Below, piece after piece: positions 10,750 to 20,663 of a stretch of 64,000 nucleotides of DNA. Source of the stretch: an uncultured delta proteobacterium. GTDB lineage: Bacteria; Desulfobacterota; Desulfomonilia; Desulfomonilales; Desulfomonilaceae. The notes under the pieces were generated by a model that did no database searches, was not told the DNA's origin, and worked only from the letters and a program-made list of their open reading frames with translations. The position numbers were made by a program, and so were the translations under genes. Numbering within the stretch: the first letter of the stretch is position 1; each line of letters begins with the position of its first letter. The DNA is taken from the NCBI GenBank assembly GCA_963789265.1, contig CAWBKB010000003.1, positions 288,001 through 352,000 of the forward strand. The letters run 5' to 3'.

Positions 10750-12644
10750 ATAGGGGTAGGAACGACCGGTTACCCGGCGCTCCCCCCTCCGAACCGTACG
10801 AGCGGATCTCCCGCATACGGCTCTCCGGTTGGTGGTTCACCGCTGGGCGGATTGACCGGCCAAACGATAGGCTGTGGCAAGGAAGAACAACCCATGTTCG
10901 GCGAAGAAAGCATTGGGCCAGCGGACATGATCGACACCTCGGCCACGGCCGGAGCCGCCACGCCGGCGGCGCAAGATACTGCGCAGACGCATGCGTATCC
11001 AGCCGTCCAGTGGAGCAAAGGTCGTGTAATGACTGTGTTTGAAGTACTCAAACCAGCCCCCGAGGGTTCGGTTCACATCCAAGACGATCGCCGAAAGACT
11101 GTGACCGTTGGTGCGCTTGGTCTTGGCTCGGAGAGTGTCTTTCAGTTTCCGGAGACTCTTGGGCCGAGGCCATCGCATACCCCGCTCAAAGTGATAACCC
11201 AGAAAATCGAATCCGCCTCGGGCGGTCGCATCGACGATCCGGGTCTTGGTGGGGTGCAAACTCAGACCGGCCGTGGTCGTCCAGTCCTGAACAAGAGCCA
11301 GCGCAATATGCGCCTCCCCCTCCGTCCGGCACAGGATCACAAAGTCATCGGCATACCGCACCATCTGGACACCATGTCCAGCCATCAGATGGTCAAGGGG
11401 GTCAAGATAGATGTTGGAGAGCAGTGGAGACAGGACAGCCCCTTGGGGGGTACCTGTCTCGGGAGTCCAGCACTCCATCGTATCCATTACCCGTTGACGC
11501 AGGAACGACTCCACGAGGTCCAAGAGAGGCTTGTCGGCAAGCTTTCCCCGAAGCCGGGCCATGAGAGGATCATGGGGAATCGTATCAAAGTAGGACTTGA
11601 GATCCGCATCCACGACAAAGACATGGCCCTGGCGAAGCAGGGCATCGACTCGTCGCAGTGCGTCCTTGCAGCCGCAGCCCGGACGAAACCCGTAACTGTG
11701 GACAGCAAAGTCCTTTTCAAATATCGGTTCCAAAACATTGCGCAACGCAGCCTGGACCACGCGGTCACGAACCGTGGGTATGCCCAGCGGTCGTTTTTCC
11801 GCCGTTCCGGGTTTGGGTATCCAAACCCTTTTGATGGCCTGAGGCCGGTACGTTCCCGTCCGAAGACTCTCTTCCAAAAGCCTAAGATTATCTTCGAGTC
11901 GGGACTCGAACATCTCGATGGTCTGATGGTCGACGCCCGGCCCCCCTTTGTTCGCTTTCACCGTGGCAAAAGCGCTCTTAAGGTTCGTCGGAGAGCTGAC
12001 CTTGTCCATCAGGCTGTACCATTTGCCGCCTTTCACCCCGTTTTCCAGGGCCGTCAACATACGTTTTGTCCAGACACTAGGTTCAACCCAGGACCATCGG
12101 TCTCGGGTCTCTCCGGCCGGTTTAGTTCCGCACACAGCGCGGCACACTGGAGTCGGTTTCTCCTCCTCTTGTCTGATACCCACGTATCCACCTCCCTGCC
12201 CCCCTTGGCTCCGCGCCCATTACGGCGCCTCGACGCTACTATGGGGGCTCTGACTCCTGTACGCCTCTTCCCGGCGTACAGGTCTCCCTGCTTCACGTAC
12301 TCAACCTTCCTGACCATTCCGTCCCTAACCACCTTGTGTTCCTCTGTTGTCGCTTTTCCTTCCGCCACTTTGTTTGTCAGCGCAACAGATCTCGTACCTC
12401 TGTACCGTGTATTGTCGCGTTCCGGCGACTCAGGCCTCAGGAGATACGTCCAGGCTTCACCTTTCCCTAGCAGGCTCGCCGAAAACACCCGGCCGAAACG
12501 GGTTTGTCAGCCTACGGACTGGTCGTTCGCCCCCTGCTGCTCTCCACCCCGCCTCGCAGCGACGCAGTTGCAGGCGGCTACAGGCTGTAGCGTGGACCTG
12601 GAGAGGACTTGCACCTCTCTGATTAAGTACGCTCGCAGGCGCAC
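10750..12644 (-). mobile_element. Group II intron, apparently full length
   Basis: Minus strand begins GTGCG at 12644. Domain V/VI GAGAGCCGTATGCGGGAGATCCGCTCGTACGGTTCGGAGGG...ACCCCTAT ends at 10750. Encodes an RT. Confidence 0.92.
10837..12183 (-). CDS. ltrA: Group II intron reverse transcriptase/maturase (no endonuclease domain)
   Basis: 'RPLGIPTVRDRVVQ', 'SYGFRPG', 'GTPQGAVLSPLLSNIYL', 'RYADD', 'FDFLGY' and domain X. Start uncertain. Confidence 0.95.
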   Translation of the reverse strand: MGIRQEEEKPTPVCRAVCGTKPAGETRDRWSWVEPSVWTKRMLTALENGVKGGKWYSLMDKVSSPTNLKSAFATVKANKGGPGVDHQTIEMFESRLEDNLRLLEESLRTGTYRPQAIKRVWIPKPGTAEKRPLGIPTVRDRVVQAALRNVLEPIFEKDFAVHSYGFRPGCGCKDALRRVDALLRQGHVFVVDADLKSYFDTIPHDPLMARLRGKLADKPLLDLVESFLRQRVMDTMECWTPETGTPQGAVLSPLLSNIYLDPLDHLMAGHGVQMVRYADDFVILCRTEGEAHIALALVQDWTTTAGLSLHPTKTRIVDATARGGFDFLGYHFERGMRWPRPKSLRKLKDTLRAKTKRTNGHSLSAIVLDVNRTLGGWFEYFKHSHYTTFAPLDGWIRMRLRSILRRRRGGSGRGRGVDHVRWPNAFFAEHGLFFLATAYRLAGQSAQR

Positions 12645-12698
12645 TGAGGTGGGCTTTCTAGCCCGCCATTGAACAGGGGTTTCCTCGGCAGGCTGGAA

Positions 12699-12906
12699 GA
12701 AAGTGTCTCAAAACCATTTTGATGCTCGGAATCGTGGCACGATGGCAGCCCGGCACTAAAGTACCGGTCTACTCTCAATCGCCCCAATGGGGCTCAAATA
12801 CTGGCGTCCCGTAGGGACCTGAGACAGTAGCCCGGTAATTCATTGCCGGGGAAAACGGTCATTCGTGGTACGATTTCGTCCAGTTCAAGGGTTTTGAGAC
12901 AGTTTC
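12699..12906. mobile_element. 208-bp MITE (family B) with 17-bp TIR and 4-bp TSD
   Basis: GAAAGTGTCTCAAAACC ... GGTTTTGAGACAGTTTC (16/17 match), flanked by GGAA on both sides. It splits the palindrome ggcaggctggaa|agcctgcc. Confidence 0.8.
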
Positions 12907-12957
12907 GGAAAGCCTGCCCCACAAGACTGAATGGTTACCGCACTTTTGGCTTTTGGC

Positions 12958-12986
12958 TTGACACATCGGCCGGGCTTCATTAATAT
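12958..12986 (+). promoter_or_regulatory. Sigma70 promoter of the rpsP operon
   Basis: TTGACA-17 nt-TAATAT about 50 bp upstream of rpsP. Confidence 0.6.
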
Positions 12987-13036
12987 TGGTCGATTATGAT
13001 TAGAGAGGGATTGCTCACGCGGAGGTGCGTCCATCC

Positions 13037-13294
13037 ATGGCAGTTAAAATCCGTCTGGCACGCTACGGCGCCAAAAAGAAACCCTTTTACCGAGTCGTCG
13101 CAGCGGACTCGAGATTTCCCAGAGACGGTCGTTTCCTGGAAGTCCTGGGTACTTATGACCCCAGAAACAAATCGGGCGGTCTAAACCTGGACTTGACCGG
13201 CCTGCAGGGCTGGATTTCACGGGGAGCCGAAGTCTCAGACACAGTTGCTAAAATTATGAGGCATGCGAGCGCTCAGGCTGCCTCCAAAGACTGA
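13037..13294 (+). CDS. rpsP: 30S ribosomal protein S16
   Basis: MAVKIRLARYGAKKKPFYRVVAADSRFPRDGRFLEVLGTYDP. Confidence 0.97.
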   Translation: MAVKIRLARYGAKKKPFYRVVAADSRFPRDGRFLEVLGTYDPRNKSGGLNLDLTGLQGWISRGAEVSDTVAKIMRHASAQAASKD

Positions 13295-13357
13295 AGGCCT
13301 CGCTGATCCGGTTGTTCACTGTCCGCCAGAATTCCCTTTGAAGAAAGAGAGGGACGG

Positions 13358-13587
13358 ATGAGGGAGCTTATCGAGTACATTGCCAAAGCGCTTGTGGACA
13401 ATCCTGATGAGGTATCGGTCTCGGAACTCGAGGAGAAATCACCTCTGTGATAGAGTTAAGAGTCGCCAAAACAGATCTCGGAAAAGTCATCGGAAAACAG
13501 GGCCGCACGGCAAGGGCAATGAGAACCATACTCAGCGCTGCTTCGACCAAACTTAAGAAGCGCGCCGTCATGGAAATCCTGGAATAG
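13358..13587 (+). CDS. khpA: KH-domain RNA-binding protein, 1-base frameshift near 13430; not in the ORF track
   Basis: [19 protein letters not shown], then in a shifted frame [29 protein letters not shown]. Canonical position between rpsP and rimM. Confidence 0.9.
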
Positions 13588-13646
13588 TTGTAGATCTTCG
13601 ACCGGGAAGGCGGTCCGCGAGCCGCACACCAGATCCTGAATCAAGG

Positions 13647-14153
13647 ATGTCCCAAAACAGACTCGTTGTAATCGGAAAGGTTGTGAAGCCCTTTGGGATC
13701 AAGGGGGAAGTAAAGATAAGCCCTTTCACGGAATCTTTCGAATCGTTTGAGCGATCCGCAATCTTGGTCTTTGATGAGTGTCCTTATAACGTGCGAAGCC
13801 TTCGCATACACAAAAGGAATGCGGTGGTCGCCCTTGAAGGGGTAGATACACGGGAAAAAGCCGATGAACTTGTGGGAAGCCTTGTCAAAACCGACCAACA
13901 CAACTTGCCCGCAAAAGAGGAGGACGAATACTACTGGATCGAATTGATCGGCATGAAGGTCTACACATTGGACCGTGGTTATCTCGGTGAAATTACCCAG
14001 ATTACACCTACCGGAGCAAACGACGTCCTTCATGTGGAGGGAGCATACGGAGAAGTCCTGCTTCCCCTGATCGACAGCGTCGTAATGACCGTGGATCTTC
14101 AGAACAAAGAAATGACCGTGGATCCCCTCGAAGGGCTGATCCCCGATGCTTGA
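13647..14153 (+). CDS. rimM: Ribosome maturation factor RimM
   Basis: '[15 protein letters not shown]', '[10 protein letters not shown]', 'GANDVL'; synteny. Confidence 0.95.
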   Translation: MSQNRLVVIGKVVKPFGIKGEVKISPFTESFESFERSAILVFDECPYNVRSLRIHKRNAVVALEGVDTREKADELVGSLVKTDQHNLPAKEEDEYYWIELIGMKVYTLDRGYLGEITQITPTGANDVLHVEGAYGEVLLPLIDSVVMTVDLQNKEMTVDPLEGLIPDA

Positions 14154-14901
14154 TATCAGGATCTTGACTATATTCCCCAGGATCTTCGATTCGTTCCTGG
14201 CCTATGGGAACCCGGCGCGCGCCATAGAAGCAGGGCTACTGAACGTCGAGACCGTGGATTTGAGAGATTTCACCCGGGATCGTCACCACACCACGGATGA
14301 TTACCCGTACGGCGGCGGAACGGGCATGGTGATGAAACCCGAGCCTTTAGTTCGGGCCATACGGCATGTTCGTGGGTTCATGGAAGACACAAGGGTTATC
14401 CTCATGACCCCGCAGGGAAGGCTCTTTAAGCAGTCCGTAGCAGAGGAGCTGACCGGGTTGCGGAGCATGCTCCTTGTTTGTGGCCGATATGAGGGGCTTG
14501 ACGAAAGAGTCAGGGCCTTCGTGGACGATGAAATCTCGGTAGGCGATTACGTCCTATCCGGCGGGGACACCGCAGCTATGTCGGTGATTGACGCGGTGTG
14601 CAGGCTCATCCCGGGTGTCCTTGGAGCTGACAGCCACATAGAGGGAGAATCATTTTACGCAGGGTTGCTTGAGTAACCCTCAATACACGAGACCCAGTGT
14701 CTTCGAAGGCATGGAAGTTCCGAAAATTCTGCTGGAAGGGCACCACGAGAACATAAGGCAATGGAGAAAAAAAGGGCATTGGCCCGCACCCTTGCCAGGC
14801 GCCCGGATCTTTTAAAGGATCGGGTGTTGGACGCTGAGGAATACGAACTCCTCGACGAAATCCGGTCTGAGAGTTCTGAACAAAAGGGAGAAGAACGATG
14901 A
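14146..14901 (+). CDS. trmD: tRNA (guanine-N1)-methyltransferase; apparent indels near 14674 and 14770
   Basis: '[17 protein letters not shown]' and 'CGRYEG'. The 'PQYTRP..VP..LL.GHH..I..WR' segment continues after the premature TAA in a shifted frame. Confidence 0.93.
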
Positions 14902-15256
14902 ACATTTTGGAACAGATTCACAAAGAACAGGAGAGACTGGACCTCCCGGCATTTCGGAGCGGAGACACCGTCAAAGTTCACGTTAGGATTGTGGAAGGAA
15001 CTCGCGAAAGGATTCAGGTCTTCGAGGGAGCGGTTATAGGCATTAATCGAAAGGGCGCGGGAAGCGCATTCACCGTTCGGAAGATCTCCTATGGAGTCGG
15101 TGTCGAGAGAGTCTTCCCCCTCTATTCCCCCATGATTGACAAGGTGGAAGTCGTCAACCGCGGTCAGGTGCGGCGCTCAAAAATTTATTACATTCGAAAA
15201 TTGAGGGGCAAAGCTGCCAGAATCAAAGAGCACGTGTACACAGGATCGAGAAATAG
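14898..15256 (+). CDS. rplS: 50S ribosomal protein L19; likely indel near 15230, true stop probably TAG at 15254-15256
   Basis: '[25 protein letters not shown]', '[17 protein letters not shown]', '[20 protein letters not shown]'. The ORF track runs on to 15425 with an atypical tail. Confidence 0.93.
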
Positions 15257-15346
15257 CCCTCTGTCCAGTTTGGTGTGCGTGGTGTATACGGTCTTAGTGG
15301 GTCATGGATGGCCGACTCATCGTAATCGCTCCCGGAAGGTAGCTCG

Positions 15347-16015
15347 ATGCCCGTTCACAAACCCGACGCCAAGACCTCTCCTTCATCCAGATTTGAGAAA
15401 CAAGCCGCGGATCTCGGAGCTCTGAGAATAGCCGGAATTGACGAAGCCGGCCGGGGACCGTTGGCAGGTCCGGTAGTGGCCGCTGCGGTGGTGTTGTGCG
15501 ATCCTGACTGCCTTCCTCACCTGAATGATTCCAAACTTCTTCCTGCTGGGGCTCGGCTGAAGTTGTTCGATGAGATACGAGAGAACGCTTCTGCCGCAGG
15601 CGTCGGCATCATCCCACCGGAAACCATCGACCGGATCAACATATTACAGGCCACACGGTTGGCAATGAGCAGAGCGGTTATGGAGATCAATCCCCTTCCC
15701 GATTATTTGCTCATAGACGGCCCAATTTCTCTTGACCTTCCTATCCGGCAGCGCGCCATCATTAAGGGGGACCGCCTCTGCTTTTCAGTGGCTGCCGCGG
15801 GCATTCTTGCAAAGGTGACCCACGACAGGATCATGATGGAACTGCACGAGCAGTTTCCGCAATACGGCTTTGCTCTGCACAAAGGATATGCAACCAGAGT
15901 TCACAAAGAGGCGCTCGCACGGTACGGCCCCTGCCCTGTCCATCGGTTATGTTTCAGAGGAGTGAAAGAGCCTGACCTACCGCTTTTCGGCGACTTGCCT
16001 GACGGTGATGACTGA
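15347..16015 (+). CDS. rnhB: Ribonuclease HII
   Basis: '[19 protein letters not shown]', 'DSK', 'KGD', 'HKGY'. Confidence 0.95.
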   Translation: MPVHKPDAKTSPSSRFEKQAADLGALRIAGIDEAGRGPLAGPVVAAAVVLCDPDCLPHLNDSKLLPAGARLKLFDEIRENASAAGVGIIPPETIDRINILQATRLAMSRAVMEINPLPDYLLIDGPISLDLPIRQRAIIKGDRLCFSVAAAGILAKVTHDRIMMELHEQFPQYGFALHKGYATRVHKEALARYGPCPVHRLCFRGVKEPDLPLFGDLPDGDD

Positions 16016-16034
16016 CAGTTTTGTTCGCCTTGCC

Positions 16035-16655
16035 TTAAAATCGGAGAAATCTGAAATACCGCCCGACACGGCTGCAATAATCGCGGTACAAGTCTCCGTA
16101 AACATCTATAAGAAAACTCTCTTCTCTCAGAATTTGATAATGAAACATTGCCGCGATGGCCAACGAGAGCACCAGCAAGACCAGTCGGCCCAGCAACAGG
16201 AAAGCACTTAAAGCCAAAAGGTCCAGTGCGACATAGATTGGATTGCGCGTCCACGCGAAGAGGCCCTCTGTCACAAGCTGCCCCAGACTTTCCTTGTCGA
16301 TTCCTATCCGCCAGGATTCTCCCATAGCCCACAATGCCAGCCCATAGATTACCAGGCCAAGGATCGACAAAACCATGCCCAGGACCTTGAATTCCAGGTC
16401 TTCAACCATAACGGGACTCAGTGAAGTTGGAATAAAATGAAAACTCAGAGGCAATGCGTACGCAAGGGTTTCATAAACCCACAAAACGACACAGGTGAGA
16501 AAAAACAACTCGCCGAGCGCCTGAGTCGCTGAAGCTGACAGATCGACAACGAGGACTCGAATGCCACGATCGCGGAAAATCAACGCCGTGCCGAAGCCAA
16601 GACACATTAGACAAACCAGCACTGCAAGTTGGAACCAATCGAAGAATCGCATCAT
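16035..16655 (-). CDS. Isoprenylcysteine carboxyl methyltransferase (ICMT/PEMT) family membrane protein
   Basis: 'MGESWRIGID', 'LVTEGLFAWTRNPIY', 'EESFL..YG..Y..Y...V.RY'. Confidence 0.85.
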   Translation of the reverse strand: MMRFFDWFQLAVLVCLMCLGFGTALIFRDRGIRVLVVDLSASATQALGELFFLTCVVLWVYETLAYALPLSFHFIPTSLSPVMVEDLEFKVLGMVLSILGLVIYGLALWAMGESWRIGIDKESLGQLVTEGLFAWTRNPIYVALDLLALSAFLLLGRLVLLVLSLAIAAMFHYQILREESFLIDVYGDLYRDYCSRVGRYFRFLRF

Positions 16656-16743
16656 GGGACGTTCAGCCGCATAATTCGGAAGTATTCCTTAAGTTGTTCC
16701 CACTAGCTCTCTCCGAGCCGACCATGAAATCAGGTGCCGGGCT

Positions 16744-17208
16744 TCAAGAGATGTTGCGTTTCAGGTCCGACGCGGCAGCCGCTGCTTGGCTGTTAGGGAA
16801 TTCGGTCAGCAGCCATTCCAGGATCAATCGCGCTTTCGTGAACTGCTTTGCATCAAAGTGGGACTTGCCTATGCCGAGCATCAGGGACGGGATGAATTCC
16901 TCAGGAGGCAGAAACCCCACAGTCCGGTGATGTTCTTTGCCGTCATCGTCAAGCGTTAGTACGGTAGGGGTGTATTGAATCACAAAACGAGCGGCCCACG
17001 CGGCTGGAGAATTCGTATACGCGTGTAAAGGAATCAGGTAACGATGCACGAATTCTGACGTACGGGGATCCGGATACGTAACTGTATCCATCTGTTTGCA
17101 CGCAGGTCAACCCGGGTTGGAGAAATCCAGTAGTACATGTTTTTCTTGCACTTTAGCCATTGATAGGGCCAAGTCCAAATCCGATTCCCACAGTATGTTC
17201 GCAGCCAT
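16744..17208 (-). CDS. Thioredoxin-like selenoprotein (UxxC) with C-terminal TPR-like helices, 154 aa
   Basis: RBS ggggag then ATG at 17208. Reads MAANILWESDLDLALSMAKVQEKHVLLDFSNPG-TGA-PACKQMD, in frame with ORF 17091-16744. A hairpin follows the TGA. Confidence 0.85.
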
Positions 17209-17399
17209 GAGATAGGCTCCCCAGAAGCTAATTGCATCCCTAAATTCGAAATCCGACTATAACAACACGCACCATATTGTGAAAACTTCCTGAAGAAAAG
17301 GTTTCAAATCGTTAGCATTCCATCCCATGCGGCCGGAAAATTGGAGTATAATTTGTTTCTTTATTCGATTTAACGTTCAGGTGTCCCAACGGTGTACCA

Positions 17400-18159
17400 A
17401 TGGAGCCACAAATTCCTCGATACAGTAGGCATCAACTCCTTAAAGTAATCGGAGAAGAAGGCCAACAAAAGATACGAGAATCCCGTGTCTTTATAGCCGG
17501 GCTGGGCGCTCTTGGGTCCCTCATTTCGATACTTCTCGTTCGCGTGGGTGTGGGTTTTGTGAGAATTGCCGACCAGGATTGCCCCGAATTGCATAATCTC
17601 CACAGACAAATTCTTTATGAGGAAGAGGACGCTCTCTGCTGCATCTCCAAGGCCCAGGCCGCGGCCCGCAGGCTCCGGGCAAGCAATTCTGATGTGGAGG
17701 TTCAAGCGGTCGAAGCTGCAATAGATGGGGACAATGTCGAAGAAACTTACAGAGGGCGTGGATCTCGTGGTAGACGCGCTCGATAATATACGGACCCGAT
17801 ACCTGATAAATGACGTGATCCTGAATCGAGGCATCCCTTATGTATTCGGAGGGGCGATTCAAACGGTGGGAAATGTCATGACCATCATCCCGGGAAGAAC
17901 TCCCTGCCTCAGGTGCCTTTGGCCGGACCCCGGAGCAGTTGAGAACCATCCGAGGGCCTCGGCTGTGGGAGTGCTTTCGGCGGCGGCCACCGCGGTTGCC
18001 TCCTTTCAGGTGACCGAGGCGCTGAAGATCATGGCCGGCCGTGAACAGGATATACTCTCCGGCCTTTTGGTTTTCGACGTATGGCGGAATGATTTCCACA
18101 TAGCCCCTCTGGAGCGGGACCCGGGATGCATTTGCAGCAAACTCAATGAGAGCCGCTAG
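17400..18159 (+). CDS. HesA/MoeB/ThiF family adenylyltransferase, frameshift near 17750
   Basis: 'RYSRH..IGEEGQQKI', 'GLGALGS', 'NLHRQILY' in frame 1; 'DLVVDALDN..TRYLIND', 'TPCLRCL', 'RDPGCIC' in frame 2. Confidence 0.88.
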
Positions 18160-18217
18160 AGTTTGGCCGTCTCAGCACTTTGACAATAAGGGTAAACAGA
18201 CAAGAGGATAAATAGTA

Positions 18218-18955
18218 ATGCCGTCTGCCGGCCTACCACTTTCTGCTCTGATACTCGTTGGAGGCCTGGGTCAGAGGCTTCGGCCTGTTGTTTCCGACAG
18301 GCCGAAGCCCATGGCCCCGGTTCAGGGCATCCCGTTCCTGGAGATACTTATAAACTCCCTGGCAGATAAAGGACTGCGAAAATTCGTTCTACTCACCGGA
18401 TACAAAGGGGAAGCGATTGAAAGACACTTCGGTGCTGTTCATGGAAACGACGTGACGATAGCTTTTTCCAGGGAACGCTCTCCTTTGGGAACAGGCGGAG
18501 CAGTAAAGAATGCCGAGGCATTCGCCACCGATCCTACGCTGCTTGTAAATGGAGACACCTTCTTTGATGCGGACCTGGGAAGTTTGCTGCGCTTCCATGC
18601 GGATACCGGGGCGGAGGTGACTCTATCTCTCTTTAAGGTGGAGGACGTGAGCCGCTACGGTTCGGTGGTGATTGACGGACAATGTGCTGTGGTTGGTTTC
18701 AGAGAAAAGGACGTAAACATCAACGAGCCCGGGCTGATCAATGCCGGCTTGTCAGTCCTGTCGAAACGTCTTATCAGCGGTCTGCCGGATGGGCCCTTTT
18801 CCATGGAACGAGAAATTTTCCCTTCCTTGACGGGATCCGGCAAGATGTTCGGATTGCTTCAGGAACGCCCGTTCTTCGACATAGGGACGCCGGAGAGTTA
18901 TGAGGCATTCAAGTCGTTCATGGCAGACCGTGCTCCCCGCGGCAGAAGCGGCTAG
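18218..18955 (+). CDS. Sugar-phosphate nucleotidyltransferase (HddC-like)
   Basis: 'ILVGGLGQRLRPVVSDRPKPMAPV', 'PLGTGGA', 'NGDT', 'FFDIGTPESY'. Confidence 0.88.
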   Translation: MPSAGLPLSALILVGGLGQRLRPVVSDRPKPMAPVQGIPFLEILINSLADKGLRKFVLLTGYKGEAIERHFGAVHGNDVTIAFSRERSPLGTGGAVKNAEAFATDPTLLVNGDTFFDADLGSLLRFHADTGAEVTLSLFKVEDVSRYGSVVIDGQCAVVGFREKDVNINEPGLINAGLSVLSKRLISGLPDGPFSMEREIFPSLTGSGKMFGLLQERPFFDIGTPESYEAFKSFMADRAPRGRSG

Positions 18956-19009
18956 CGGCCCGTCGTGGCATAACCGGAAAAGTTGGCGCAGTTGTTACGT
19001 CGGCTGGAT

Positions 19010-19753
19010 TCATCCAGGACCGATGTACCGAGCCGGAGCCGGCCTTGTCATCCGATTGAGGACTTGGTCAAACCCATCCGAGATCACTTGACCGTCTCTA
19101 ATACGAATTATCCTGTCGCAGGCATTTCCAATGTCATCCTCGTGGGTTACCAGGACAACAGTGAATCCTTGGCTGGTAAGAGCTCTCAGTTGTTCTATAA
19201 CAATTTCGCTATTTTTCTGATCAAGCTGTCCCGTGGGCTCATCCCCTAGAATAAGAGAAGGGTTGTTAACCAGGGCCCTGGCGATGGCAGCGCGTTGGCG
19301 CTCTCCTCCTGACAACCGGTTAGACCAGTGGTCCACTCGATGAGAAAGTCCCACGCGCTCCAGCGCTTCGAGGATCTTCTTCCTACGCGAGTTCCGGTCG
19401 CTTTCAGCGTATATTAAAGGTAATTCCAGATTTTCAAAGACAGTTGAGTTCGCAAGCAGATCGCAGCTCTGGAAGACGAAGCCCAGTTCCCTGTTTCGAA
19501 AGTTGGCCTGTTCCTCACGATTATAATTCAGGATGTTTTGGCCCTTGAACAAGTATTCGCCGGAAGTGGGGGGCTGGAGAAGCCCCAAAATGTACAGGAG
19601 AGTAGACTTGCCGGACCCCGAAGGGCCCATTATGGCTACCATCTCTCCGCGGTATACCCTTATGTTGGCCTTGTTCAGGGCATGGATAACGTTCCCACCG
19701 TCTATGTAGTGTTTGGCCAGATCCTTGGTCTCAATAATAAGCTCGGCGTTCAT
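19010..19753 (-). CDS. ABC transporter ATP-binding protein (LolD/MacB-like)
   Basis: Walker A GPSGSGKST, signature LSGGERQR, DEPTG, VTH. Confidence 0.92.
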   Translation of the reverse strand: MNAELIIETKDLAKHYIDGGNVIHALNKANIRVYRGEMVAIMGPSGSGKSTLLYILGLLQPPTSGEYLFKGQNILNYNREEQANFRNRELGFVFQSCDLLANSTVFENLELPLIYAESDRNSRRKKILEALERVGLSHRVDHWSNRLSGGERQRAAIARALVNNPSLILGDEPTGQLDQKNSEIVIEQLRALTSQGFTVVLVTHEDDIGNACDRIIRIRDGQVISDGFDQVLNRMTRPAPARYIGPG

Positions 19754-19889
19754 GTCCTATCACCGTCTCGCATATAACAAATTTCGTGAACAAGTGCCAG
19801 TATACCCCATAAGAGGCCGTACGCCCATGCAGCCGAAGCCGACATCCGGATTTTCACAATTTGCGGCACTCCTGTGCTATATTAACCCG

Positions 19890-20096
19890 ATGTTTCAGAT
19901 AGCCAAACAAGCCCAGGGTGACAGAGGCTCATTCGTAAAACTCATTCGGCTCGATCCGGATGATTTTGCGGTCATCGTGCGCGCTCCCGCGGACGTGAGG
20001 CTGCACCACCGGTATATAGGGCCCGATCCGCTCAAGGCGGAAGAGATCTTTAACGCTGAAGTTGGCAGACTCGGGGTGAGGGTCCACCAACCCTAG
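19890..20096 (+). CDS. Small hypothetical protein (~68 aa)
   Basis: MFQIAKQAQGDRGSFVKLIRLDPDDFAVIV...; fills the intergenic gap. Confidence 0.4.
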   Translation: MFQIAKQAQGDRGSFVKLIRLDPDDFAVIVRAPADVRLHHRYIGPDPLKAEEIFNAEVGRLGVRVHQP

Positions 20097-20170
20097 GTGG
20101 CAACGTCCGGCTGCGCGGTTCCGGGCATTCGTAGTCTTCTCTCGCGCCGTTGTGATTAGGAGAGTGTTGT

Positions 20171-20662
20171 ATGGCGAAAATTCGCTTGCAAAGTGAATGG
20201 AAAATGTGGATCGGGCTGGCTGCCATACTTTCACTCATTATCTTCTACCTATATATGGTCAGCCGCCCTCCGATGGAAGGAAACGTATATCTCTGGAACG
20301 TGACCAAGATCGTAGATGCGAAGGACTTGGAGCTGAAGGGTTCCGGGAGTGTCATCCGACTGAGGCTCGCTGGACTGCAGGTTCCTCCGAGTGAGCAGAA
20401 CGCGGCCCAGGAGTTTCTCACCAGGACGCTTGAAAATCAGTGGGTTAGAGTGAAGGTTCTACGGGAAGGGCCAAAAGGGGTTAAGGACGGGTTCGTGTTT
20501 ATATCGGGAGAGGATATAAGCGCGCGAATGATCCGACAAGGACTGGCCGGAATTGATCGAAAAGAGAAGGGGTTCGACATCAGACCGTACATTGAACTGG
20601 AGCAAGAGGCGAAAAGGGAGCATAGAGGTCTGTGGCGACAGCAGACTCCAGGAGTTGGGTGA
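20171..20662 (+). CDS. Thermonuclease (SNase)-fold membrane-anchored protein
   Basis: N-terminal TM helix; 'RLRLAGL', 'MIRQGLA', 'EQEAKREHRGLW'. The catalytic DGDT motif appears degenerate (DAKD). Confidence 0.75.
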   Translation: MAKIRLQSEWKMWIGLAAILSLIIFYLYMVSRPPMEGNVYLWNVTKIVDAKDLELKGSGSVIRLRLAGLQVPPSEQNAAQEFLTRTLENQWVRVKVLREGPKGVKDGFVFISGEDISARMIRQGLAGIDRKEKGFDIRPYIELEQEAKREHRGLWRQQTPGVG

Positions 20663-20663
20663 T

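Larger units (their letters stand above)
10710..12938. mobile_element. MITE-like element (family A, copy 2) hosting the intron and MITE B
   Basis: Ends gtatgcattcagt / actgaatggttac are flanked by the 8-bp direct repeat CGCACTTT (10702-10709 and 12939-12946). Confidence 0.65.

Noticed and set aside
10837..12183. RT as a retron, DGR or defence RT
   Set aside because: It has domain X, a GTGCG 5' end and domain V/VI; it is an ordinary group II intron RT.
10690..12672. 660-aa plus-strand ORF
   Set aside because: Antisense shadow of the group II intron and its RT; no recognisable motifs.
14146..14676. trmD (and purD, khpA, A2M) as true pseudogenes
   Set aside because: Downstream sequence is intact in a shifted frame and the pattern fits sequencing indels.
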